A stretch of 61,312 bases of DNA, the filler included. It is 6 parts of 6 records of this genome, joined end to end, with 100 filler letters (N's around TTAATTAATTAA, not from the genome) between each part and the next. Parts side by side here need not be neighbours in the genome. Positions count along the whole stretch, not along the records: positions 1 to 9,129 come from DRR723986_686; 5 more parts are not named here. The stretch is one strand, 5' to 3'. Below, in pieces: positions 1-7,632 of the stretch. Below the pieces are notes generated by a model. The model made no database searches. It was not told the DNA's origin and saw nothing but the letters and a program-made list of their open reading frames with translations. Position numbers and translations under genes: made by a program. The stretch's first letter is position 1. Every line of letters begins with the position of its first letter.

Positions 1-1
1 C

Positions 2-184
2 CTGCTGCCGGTCTGGATGGCCGCCTACAAATACAAGGGCAAAAGCTATCGCTTCGTGGTGAATGGACAGACCGGCAAGGTACAGGGCGAACGGCCCTGG
101 TCGGCGATCAAGATCACTATCGCCGTGGTCATTGGCCTCGCGCTGGCCGCCGGCGCAGCCTATCTCTACTCGATCAACCAATGA
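2..184 (+). CDS. 3' end of conserved membrane-anchored protein (zinc-ribbon/'primosomal N'-like' annotated family), 5'-truncated
   Basis: Frame 2 reads LLPVWMAAYKYKGKSYRFVVNGQTGKVQGERPWSAIK followed by a C-terminal TM helix; its stop overlaps the next ATG (ATGA). Confidence 0.7.
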   Translation: MLPVWMAAYKYKGKSYRFVVNGQTGKVQGERPWSAIKITIAVVIGLALAAGAAYLYSINQ

Positions 185-852
185 GCGACGCCGCCGCGCT
201 GACCCGCATTCTGGACGCCCGGTTTTCCTGCCGGGCGTTTCTACCCGACCCGCTGCCGCGCACGCTGATCGAAGAGATCGTCAGCGACGCGCAGAAAGTC
301 GCCAGCTGGTGCAACGCGCAACCTTGGCAACTGGTGGTGACTGGCGGGGAAGAAACCGACCGTCTGCGCGCTGAATTGGCCGAGGAGATGAAGACCGCTC
401 GCCATACCCCCGACATCCCCTTCCCCGACCGCTACACGGGTGTCTACAAGGACCGCCGATCGACCTGCGGCTGGCAGCTTTACGGGGCCGTCGGTGTGGA
501 AAAAGGCGACCGCGAAGGATCGCATCGGCAAATGATGGAAAACTTCCGTTTCTTTGGTGCCCCGCATGTGGCCGTTCTGACATCAGAGTCAGAGCTTGGC
601 CCCTACGGGCTGGTCGATTGCGGCGGCTTCCTGACGGCGCTGACACTGGCGGCAGCGGCACGCGGGGTGGCCACGATCCCACAGGCGGCGCTGGCCAGCT
701 ATGCGCCGTTTCTGCATCGGTTCTTCGACCTGCCGGAAACCCGAACCGTCGTCTGTGCGATCAGCATTGGCCGGGCAGAGAAAACACACCCGGCCAACAG
801 TTTCCGCACAACCCGCGCGTCGCTTGACGAAACGCTGTCCTGGCAAGGCTAG
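181..852 (+). CDS. Nitroreductase family protein
   Basis: RFSCRAF FMN-binding start, ASWCNAQPW motif, FFGAPH, DCGGFL. Confidence 0.9.
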   Translation: MSDAAALTRILDARFSCRAFLPDPLPRTLIEEIVSDAQKVASWCNAQPWQLVVTGGEETDRLRAELAEEMKTARHTPDIPFPDRYTGVYKDRRSTCGWQLYGAVGVEKGDREGSHRQMMENFRFFGAPHVAVLTSESELGPYGLVDCGGFLTALTLAAAARGVATIPQAALASYAPFLHRFFDLPETRTVVCAISIGRAEKTHPANSFRTTRASLDETLSWQG

Positions 853-917
853 GAACCACCCGATGCCTTGCAGGAAATCTGCAAGAGGCGTGAATGCCCC
901 TCGCCCGCGCCTGGGTC

Positions 918-1334
918 TCAGCCCTTGCGCACTTCGATGCGCCTGGTCTCGGGGCTCGATGGCCCGGCCTTCGCCACCGACACGGTCAGAACCCCGTCCT
1001 TCAGGTCTGCCGTTACAGCGCGCTCATCGGCATCCGGCGGCAACCGGAAGCTGCGCGAGAAAGCCCCGTATTGCCGTTCGCTGAAGTACCAGGTCTCGCC
1101 CGTCTCTTCCCGGCTCGACGTCTTCTCGCCCTTCACGGTCAGCACCCCGTCATGGACGCTGACATCGATATCCTTGTCCACCACACCGGGCAATTCCACC
1201 ACCACCTTGTAGCTGTCTTCGGTCACGGCGGCCTCGGACGCGGGTGCGAACCAGTCCGCCACCTGCCGTCCCATGGTCCGGAACGGTTCAAAGACCGAGG
1301 GCCAGCCGCCGGATGTATGCGATTTCTCCACCAT
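918..1334 (-). CDS. Small heat shock protein Hsp20/alpha-crystallin family
   Basis: ELPGV..D, GVLTVKGEK, ERQYGAFSRSFRLP, LKDGVLTV; AAGGAGG RBS before ATG at 1334. Confidence 0.95.
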   Translation of the reverse strand: MVEKSHTSGGWPSVFEPFRTMGRQVADWFAPASEAAVTEDSYKVVVELPGVVDKDIDVSVHDGVLTVKGEKTSSREETGETWYFSERQYGAFSRSFRLPPDADERAVTADLKDGVLTVSVAKAGPSSPETRRIEVRKG

Positions 1335-1411
1335 TGCGATCCTCCTTGATGGCAAGCAGACAGAGCATCTGCGAACAGGCTCGATTATCGCGCAGATCAC
1401 CCGGATTCGCC

Positions 1412-1425
1412 TTGATTCCGGTCAA
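1412..1425. promoter_or_regulatory. FNR/FnrL/FixK-type box upstream of hsp20
   Basis: TTGAT-TCCG-GTCAA (consensus TTGAT-N4-ATCAA); centred at -41.5 relative to a minus-strand GATAAT -10 at 1389-1384. Confidence 0.75.
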
Positions 1426-1466
1426 GATTTCCGCACTGTCGCCCGGTCACAAGAAGGAGCTTCCCC

Positions 1467-1913
1467 ATGCGTGCCCTGATTCAACGTGTCAGCGAAGCGA
1501 CTGTCCGGGTCGACGGAGACATCATCGGTCAATCCGGTCCCGGCCTCCTGATCCTCGTCTGCGCCATGCAGGGCGATACGGAAACGCAGTCCGAAAGCCT
1601 CGCCGCCAAGATCTCGAAACTGCGGATCTTCACCGACGATGCCGGAAAGATGAACCGCTCGATCCTCGACACTGGCGGCTCGGCGCTTGTCGTCAGCCAG
1701 TTCACGCTGGCGGCCGACACCTCGCGCGGCAACAGACCGGGCTTTTCCACCGCAGCCCCGCCCGCCGAAGGTGACCGGCTTTATCAGCATTTCGCGGCCC
1801 ATTTCGCCCGCCTCGGCATCCCGACCGAGACCGGGCAGTTCGGGGCCGATATGAAGGTTTCGCTGATCAATGACGGCCCGGTCACGATCTGGATCGACAC
1901 AGAGGCCAGTTGA
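1467..1913 (+). CDS. dtd: D-aminoacyl-tRNA deacylase
   Basis: MRALIQRV start, SQFTL motif, GNRPGF, NDGPVT. Confidence 0.97.
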   Translation: MRALIQRVSEATVRVDGDIIGQSGPGLLILVCAMQGDTETQSESLAAKISKLRIFTDDAGKMNRSILDTGGSALVVSQFTLAADTSRGNRPGFSTAAPPAEGDRLYQHFAAHFARLGIPTETGQFGADMKVSLINDGPVTIWIDTEAS

Positions 1914-1923
1914 CCGCTGGTCC

Positions 1924-3123
1924 TCAGATCACGCCGTCCTCTGCCAGTTGGCGCAGATCCGCCTCATCCAGACCAAGCGCCCCGAAGACCTCTGCCATGT
2001 CGGCGCCCAATGCGGGCGGGCCGCCTGCGACCTCTGGGGCTGACCCATCCAGTTTGACCCCCGGCCGAAGCACCCGCACCGGCTGATCCACACCCGGAAC
2101 ATCCTGAAACGTGGCCACCAGCCCGCGCTCGGCGATCTGAGGATGCGCCAGCACCTCGGGCACCGACAGGACCGCCCCCGCCGGCACGCCAAGCGCATTC
2201 AGCTCGCGCGCCCAGTCCCGCGCGGCTTTTCCTTCCAGCCGCGCCTCGATCAGGGATCGAAGCGTAAAGCGGTTGCGCTTGCGATCTTCGCGGGTGGCAT
2301 AATCGGGGTCGTCCAGCAGCGTCTCCAGACCCAGATGCCGGGCCAGCGCCTGCCATTGTTCATCCTTGTTGGCGGCGATATTGACCAGCCCGCCCTTGCA
2401 GCGGAACGCGCCCGAAGGGGCCGAGGTGGTGTTCTCGTTGCCATGCGCGCCGGGCTCCACCCCCGCGATCAGGTAGTTCGACACCGCCCATCCCATGGTG
2501 GCCAGCACCGCCTCCAGCATCGACACGTCGATGACGCAGCCCCTGTCCGGCGCGTTCAGCGCCGAAGCGATCGCCATCGCCGCCGTCAACCCGCCAATGG
2601 TGTCCGCAACCGGATACCCGACCCGCAGCGGCGCTGTCTCTGCGTCCCCGGTGATCGACATGACCCCAGAGACGCCCTGCACGATCTGGTCATAGGCGGG
2701 TCGGTCCACCCATGGCCCGTCCTGCCCGAAACCCGAAATCGCGCAATAGATCAGCCGCGGGTTTTCCATGCGCAACACATCCGGCCCGACACCCAGCCGG
2801 TCCATCACACCGGGGCGAAAATTTTCCACCAGCACATCCGCACCCCGCACCAGCGCCTTCAGTATCTTCACCCCGCGCGGATGTTTGAGGTTCAGCGTCA
2901 CCGATTTCTTCCCGGCATTCTGCGCCAGAAATGACACGCCCATCCCCGCCGCGTTCAGGCCTGCATCGGCCCCCAACTGCCGCGCCAGATCACCCCGTCC
3001 CGGCGCCTCGACCTTGATCACTTCGGCCCCCATATGGGCCAGCTGGTGACAGGCGAAGGGCCCGGCCAGCACATTGGTCAGGTCCAGCACTCGTATGCCG
3101 TCCAGCGGGTGTTGCGCGGTCAT
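1924..3123 (-). CDS. CaiB/BaiF family III CoA-transferase
   Basis: PLDGIRVLDLT, LAGPFA, DVLVENFRPGV, ISGFGQDGP, RPAYD. Confidence 0.93.
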   Translation of the reverse strand: MTAQHPLDGIRVLDLTNVLAGPFACHQLAHMGAEVIKVEAPGRGDLARQLGADAGLNAAGMGVSFLAQNAGKKSVTLNLKHPRGVKILKALVRGADVLVENFRPGVMDRLGVGPDVLRMENPRLIYCAISGFGQDGPWVDRPAYDQIVQGVSGVMSITGDAETAPLRVGYPVADTIGGLTAAMAIASALNAPDRGCVIDVSMLEAVLATMGWAVSNYLIAGVEPGAHGNENTTSAPSGAFRCKGGLVNIAANKDEQWQALARHLGLETLLDDPDYATREDRKRNRFTLRSLIEARLEGKAARDWARELNALGVPAGAVLSVPEVLAHPQIAERGLVATFQDVPGVDQPVRVLRPGVKLDGSAPEVAGGPPALGADMAEVFGALGLDEADLRQLAEDGVI

Positions 3124-4163
3124 GTCTCGGGCTCCGTTCTGGGCAGGAAGGCGGGAACAAGGAAGGTCAGCAGCAGGATGCGAAAGGCATGGTGAAAGGC
3201 CACGAAGGCCGGGTCGGCATCCAGCATCACCGACAGGGCGGCCATGGTTTCCAGACCACCGGGCGCATAGGCGATCAGCAGGTTGGTGACAGGCAACCCC
3301 AAGATCCAATGCATGGCAAGCGCCGCACCGACCGTAGCGATGACCGCCAGCGTTGTCAGCACCGCCGCCGCGGCCGAAGCCCGCAGGATCAGGGTAAGCG
3401 AGATGCCGGAAAACCGGGTGCCGATCAAGGTTCCCATGATGGCGAAACCGGGGATCGTTACCCATGCGGGCACAAGACCCGGCGTGACGCCAGTGCCATG
3501 GCTAAGCGCCGAGGCGATGAACCCGCCCATCAGGAAAGCCGCAGGCATCCGCAGGCGTTTCAGACCCAGGCCCAGACCTGCCGCAACGATGAGGACCATC
3601 GCAAGATGGATCAGCGCCATGACCGCTTCGGGCCTGGACGACATGCTCAGATCCGCGTCGGTCAGCAGGGCAACCATCAGCGGCACCAGCAAGGTCAGGA
3701 TCAGCACCCGCAGCGATTGCGCCACGGTGATGGTCGACAGGTCCGATTTGGTATCTGCCGACAGCGACAGGATATAGCTTAGATGACCGGGCGTTGCCGC
3801 AAGCAGGGCCGAGACACGGTCGAAGCCGAGCCATCGCTGTAACAGGCGCGCGCCGCCCAGAAAGATCACCAGCAATGCAGCGGCAAGCGCCGCCAGGCTC
3901 AGCGGCCAGTTCGCGGCGGCGGCCAGAATCTCAGGGTTTACCCCCGCCCCCATCGAGGTTCCGATGACCAGAAAGCAACCGTCGCGCAAAAGGTCCGGCA
4001 CCCGTGTCCTCAGGCCAATCACACCGGCCAGCGTCACCAGCGCCGCCGGGCCGGTCAGATAGGGGGCAGGCAGGTGCAACGCCGCTGCCAGAACACCCCC
4101 GACGGCCCCCACGGCCAGCGTGACGACAAGGGTTGCAGGATCGGAGGGCGGCCAAGGTCTCAT
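3120..4163 (-). CDS. AbrB family membrane protein (putative ammonia monooxygenase-like family)
   Basis: Multi-TM protein with duplicated halves, ATPG and YAPGG motifs, VAFHHAFR; ATGA overlap with the CoA-transferase. Confidence 0.85.
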   Translation of the reverse strand: MRPWPPSDPATLVVTLAVGAVGGVLAAALHLPAPYLTGPAALVTLAGVIGLRTRVPDLLRDGCFLVIGTSMGAGVNPEILAAAANWPLSLAALAAALLVIFLGGARLLQRWLGFDRVSALLAATPGHLSYILSLSADTKSDLSTITVAQSLRVLILTLLVPLMVALLTDADLSMSSRPEAVMALIHLAMVLIVAAGLGLGLKRLRMPAAFLMGGFIASALSHGTGVTPGLVPAWVTIPGFAIMGTLIGTRFSGISLTLILRASAAAAVLTTLAVIATVGAALAMHWILGLPVTNLLIAYAPGGLETMAALSVMLDADPAFVAFHHAFRILLLTFLVPAFLPRTEPET

Positions 4164-4257
4164 GGCGTTAGTGATACGCGCCCCGAAACACGCCGCAAGA
4201 GGCATGAAACAATCGTTGCGCATGGCGCAATGAGCACTGACGCATCTTGACGGTATG

Positions 4258-4329
4258 AAAAGCGGATGCCCGGTCCGGGGAAGGGACCGGGCATCTTGGC
4301 GCCGAACTAAAGGACGGGGGGGCGTTCGG
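4258..4329 (-). ncRNA. Two stem-loops with C-rich loops plus a short U-tract (candidate 3'-UTR sRNA/terminator)
   Basis: Perfect 12-bp stem 4265-4276/4284-4295 with minus-strand loop CUUCCCC; second stem 4302-4307/4324-4329 with loop GCCCCCCCGUCCUUUA. Confidence 0.4.
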
Positions 4330-4347
4330 GGCCGGAAAAGCAGCCGG

Positions 4348-4518
4348 TTAGACGGAAAAGATCTGGCTGCGATATTGGAAAATGATTTCGTCATTGCCAC
4401 TGATCACCTGGCCATAACAAGTGGGCAGCGGTTGCCGGAAATCCAAGGCAAATGTTGAGGGAGCGCGTTTCAAACTGACCGAGGCACAGGTCAGCATGCA
4501 CTGAATAAATCGTGACAC
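4348..4518 (-). CDS. Candidate small protein (56 aa, MSRFIQCMLTCAS...)
   Basis: GTG start 8-9 nt after GAGGGGG RBS; sits between an ECF-like promoter and the 3' hairpins. Confidence 0.45.
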   Translation of the reverse strand: MSRFIQCMLTCASVSLKRAPSTFALDFRQPLPTCYGQVISGNDEIIFQYRSQIFSV

Positions 4519-4567
4519 GTAACTGGCCCCCTCACCCAAAGCGCAGAACATCTGCGCGTTACAGGGG

Positions 4568-4597
4568 TAGGTCGGATGGCCCGCGCCTCCGGTTCAA
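4568..4597 (-). promoter_or_regulatory. Candidate ECF-sigma promoter P2
   Basis: Minus strand TTGAACC-N16-CGACCTA; same elements and spacing as 5007-5036. Confidence 0.6.
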
Positions 4598-4644
4598 AGT
4601 TTTTTCACTTTTCTCACATTTTTTTTCGCGTCCGTCTGGCGGAG

Positions 4645-4682
4645 AAAAAACCGGCCCGCACCCCGTGGGAATGACGGGCCGG
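4645..4682 (-). terminator. Rho-independent terminator
   Basis: CCGGCCCG...CGGGCCGG stem followed by U6 on the minus strand. Confidence 0.7.
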
Positions 4683-4773
4683 AAAAGGTGCCGATCGGGA
4701 CGGGACATCCCGGGACGGTCAAACGAGGGACAAGTCCGTGACGGGTGACGGTGGCCACGGAGACACCGATGGG

Positions 4774-4953
4774 TCAGCCCTGAATGGCGCGGCGGAAATG
4801 CGTCAGCCGGGCACGGTCTGCCTGCGGAGTCACGCGCACGGGTCCGGCAACCAGATCGTACGAAGCCCCGGAAACGCGGCTGCGATTCCACAGGGGGCCG
4901 CCGGACCGGACGCGGCTGGCAGCAGAGGCAAAGGAGGTAAGAAAGCGGGTCAT
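4774..4953 (-). CDS. Candidate small protein (59 aa, MTRFLTSFASAAS...)
   Basis: ATG preceded by AGGA; sits between an ECF-like promoter and a terminator. Confidence 0.5.
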   Translation of the reverse strand: MTRFLTSFASAASRVRSGGPLWNRSRVSGASYDLVAGPVRVTPQADRARLTHFRRAIQG

Positions 4954-5006
4954 GGCAGTGATCCTGTCGGCTATGGCTTGGGCGGGAAAATCCGCCCTTG
5001 TGCCTA

Positions 5007-5036
5007 TAGGTCGTGCGAGACGGGCCTTGGGTTCAA
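5007..5036 (-). promoter_or_regulatory. Candidate ECF-sigma promoter P1
   Basis: Minus strand TTGAACC-N16-CGACCTA, immediately downstream of the subtilase terminator. Confidence 0.6.
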
Positions 5037-5069
5037 TTCCGGTTTCGGATCGTGGCCGGGGCACGGCAC

Positions 5070-5103
5070 AAAAAGAAACCGGCCCCATCAGAGGCCGGCT
5101 TCC
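5070..5103 (-). terminator. Rho-independent terminator of the subtilase operon
   Basis: GAAGCCGGCC..GGCCGGTTTC stem followed by UUUUU. Confidence 0.75.
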
Positions 5104-5130
5104 AAAACGGTCATGAACGGGGCAGCGCGG

Positions 5131-6387
5131 TCAGCAGCCGCCGCGCACAAGGCCCCAGCCATACTGGGCGTCAAAGCCATCGGGGCCAAGATCCACCGCC
5201 GAGCCGCGCAAACGGTCACGGATCTGGCTCAGGCTCAGGCCGCCGCCCGCGCCAAGCCGCGCCGCCAGAGCGGTGACAATCGGGGCCGCATAAGAGGTGC
5301 CGGACGCATAGTTGCCGCCCCGGGGCGAGGCTACGTAAAGATCGACGCCAGGGGCCGAGAACTCGATATGATCGCCGTAATTGGCGTCGCGGTATCGACG
5401 GAAAGCGGCATCGACGGCGGTGACGGCGATCACCGATGGATGCGCCGCAGGATAGGCGGCCCGTTCGCGCCCGTCATTGCCCGCCGCCGCGATCATGATT
5501 GCCCCGCGCGCTGCCGCGCTGTCCAGGACACTTGAGAGAACGGCGTTTTCAGGCCCTGCGAACGACATGTTGATCAGCCGCACATCCTGTTGCAGCAGCC
5601 ATTCGATGGCTGTGGCAATACGTTCGATATCCGCACCCGCGTCGCCACGGGTTTCCGTGAAGGCAGAAACCGCATAGAGCGCCGCGCCGGGCGCAAAGCC
5701 AGCCAGGGCGCCGGACGGATCCTGCCCCACGATCAAGGCTGCCACGGCAGTTCCGTGATTGCCCGCAGGCGCGTCTTCACCTTCGGACAGCAGGCTTTGG
5801 GTCAGCACCTGCGCCCCGGCCAGCGCCGGGTGGTCGGGATCGACCGGCCCGTCGATCAGGCCAATCGCGCGACGCCCCACGGGGCAAGATCCTTGGGCTG
5901 CATCACCGATCATGCTGGCGGCATAGACGCGGGGTCGGGCCTGCGACAACTCATAGATGTGGTGCCGTCCGACATTCGTGTTGGGGGCGACGTCATCGAG
6001 GATGCCGTTGGCGCGGCGTATGCCAAGCTGCCAGCGGAAATCATATATCGCGATGCGAATACCCAAGGCAGGCAAGTCGCGATAGCGCAACAACTGCGCA
6101 CCGGCATCGGTCAAGCCATCGCGCGCGGCTTCAAACTCGGAGATCGGACCGCTGACGATGATCTCGGGCAGGCCCGAGGGCGCAACAACGGCGCGCGGCT
6201 GCCCGTTGCCGCCGCTTCCCGCCATGCCCTCGCCTGCATCGTGGTCCGATCCGGGATAATAGTCGCACGGCCCGTCACATAGGCCGGGGTCCAGCACGCC
6301 GCCTGGACTTCCGGGGGTGGTCTGGGCAGAGACCATCTGGACGGTCAATACACAGGCCAAGGCAAGCAGGAAAATCGGTCGGAACAT
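5131..6387 (-). CDS. Secreted S8 (subtilisin-like) serine peptidase
   Basis: Signal peptide; catalytic D (IDGPV), H (HGTAVA), oxyanion N (AAAGN), S (GTSYAAP); YGWG C-terminus. Confidence 0.93.
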   Translation of the reverse strand: MFRPIFLLALACVLTVQMVSAQTTPGSPGGVLDPGLCDGPCDYYPGSDHDAGEGMAGSGGNGQPRAVVAPSGLPEIIVSGPISEFEAARDGLTDAGAQLLRYRDLPALGIRIAIYDFRWQLGIRRANGILDDVAPNTNVGRHHIYELSQARPRVYAASMIGDAAQGSCPVGRRAIGLIDGPVDPDHPALAGAQVLTQSLLSEGEDAPAGNHGTAVAALIVGQDPSGALAGFAPGAALYAVSAFTETRGDAGADIERIATAIEWLLQQDVRLINMSFAGPENAVLSSVLDSAAARGAIMIAAAGNDGRERAAYPAAHPSVIAVTAVDAAFRRYRDANYGDHIEFSAPGVDLYVASPRGGNYASGTSYAAPIVTALAARLGAGGGLSLSQIRDRLRGSAVDLGPDGFDAQYGWGLVRGGC

Positions 6388-6409
6388 CGGCTAGGGCCTT
6401 CCGGTGCGG

Positions 6410-7012
6410 TTATTGAATATCCTCGACAATAACCGAAGCCGAGAGAGCTGCAAATGCGGCATCCGTGTTTTCTGTCTCGATAAGGCCAAGACCGTAGATA
6501 CCAAGCGCCGAAGGGCCCGAAACGATCTCCAACCCGGCTTCCAACAGAAGGGCGCGCATTTCGGCCTCGGTCGCATCGGGGGCGAACACCACTGTGAAAT
6601 CGGCATCAGACCCGCCGCTTGCCAGGGTAAATCCCGCAGGTTCGGCGCTGTCCATCGGCGTGCTGCCGAACTGGGTCAGGTTAAAGCCAATTCCCACGGC
6701 CAGAACGACTGCCGCAGCCATTTGCCAGATGCGCAGGCGCGTCAGCGGCACCACGTTGTCATTGGCGGCAACAGGCGCAATCGGCGCACGGTCTTCGGTG
6801 TTGATATCGCGCATCAGCCGAGAAAGACCGAATTCTCCGGGGCTGGCGACCGCTTCTGCCTGCATGGTTTGCCGGATCGTCCGCAGCGCGGCCAGTTCGG
6901 CGCGCAGCTCGGCGCTGTCCGCCAGGGCGGCATCGACTGCCGCCAATTCTGCACCTTCAAGCGTTTCATTCGCCCGGAAGGGCAGCAATTCGTGAATATC
7001 CTGGTAGGTCAT
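6410..7012 (-). CDS. Transmembrane anti-sigma factor (zf-HC2-like N-terminus lacking Zn ligands)
   Basis: ELLPF..NETL..E...V..AL anti-sigma domain, single TM (WQMAAAVVLAVGIG), periplasmic C-terminal domain; ATGA overlap with the ECF gene. Confidence 0.8.
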   Translation of the reverse strand: MTYQDIHELLPFRANETLEGAELAAVDAALADSAELRAELAALRTIRQTMQAEAVASPGEFGLSRLMRDINTEDRAPIAPVAANDNVVPLTRLRIWQMAAAVVLAVGIGFNLTQFGSTPMDSAEPAGFTLASGGSDADFTVVFAPDATEAEMRALLLEAGLEIVSGPSALGIYGLGLIETENTDAAFAALSASVIVEDIQ

Positions 7013-7560
7013 GCCACACCCCTTTCCACGCGGCCCGACAGGCAGCGCATCAACAGTTTCTTGGCATGGAAAATACGGGTCTTGATCGTGCCCTCGGGCA
7101 CCCCCGACACCTCGGCGATCTCGCCGTAGGTCATGTCCTGATAGAACGCCAGAGTGATCGCCGAGCGGTGATCGTCCTTCAGCGTTTCAAGGCAATGCCT
7201 TACATGCTCGGCCTCCTGGCCGGCTGCAAGGCAGGTTTCCTGATCGGGGCCGTCATCTGCCATGTCCGGTGTTTCATCGGTCAGGTCCATACGGCCGCGC
7301 TTGCGCATCGCGTCGATGCTCTTTCGGTAGGCTATGCCCATAATCCAGGTTTGCACCTTCGATCTCCCTTCAAAGCGGCCGGCGGAACGCCAGACATCCA
7401 TGAACACTTCATGGAGTATGTCGTTTGCCTCGTGGGGATCGTTCAATCTGGAGACGATAAACTTGTAGACGGGTCGTTCAAGCGCACGATAAAGGGCCGC
7501 CAAGGCCTGGCGGTCGCCCTGCGCGATCTGCTCGATCAGGAACTTGTGGTCTGCACTCAT
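7009..7560 (-). CDS. ECF RNA polymerase sigma factor
   Basis: Region 2 (DILHEVFMDVWRSAGRFEG..TWI) and region 4 (YGEIAEVSGVPEGTIKTRIFHAK). Confidence 0.95.
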   Translation of the reverse strand: MSADHKFLIEQIAQGDRQALAALYRALERPVYKFIVSRLNDPHEANDILHEVFMDVWRSAGRFEGRSKVQTWIMGIAYRKSIDAMRKRGRMDLTDETPDMADDGPDQETCLAAGQEAEHVRHCLETLKDDHRSAITLAFYQDMTYGEIAEVSGVPEGTIKTRIFHAKKLLMRCLSGRVERGVA

Positions 7561-7632
7561 GTCTAAAGGCCCGTCCTGCCTGTAAGTGCAAGACTTACCC
7601 GGTTTGCGACCACACGCCAAGTGCCCGAACGG

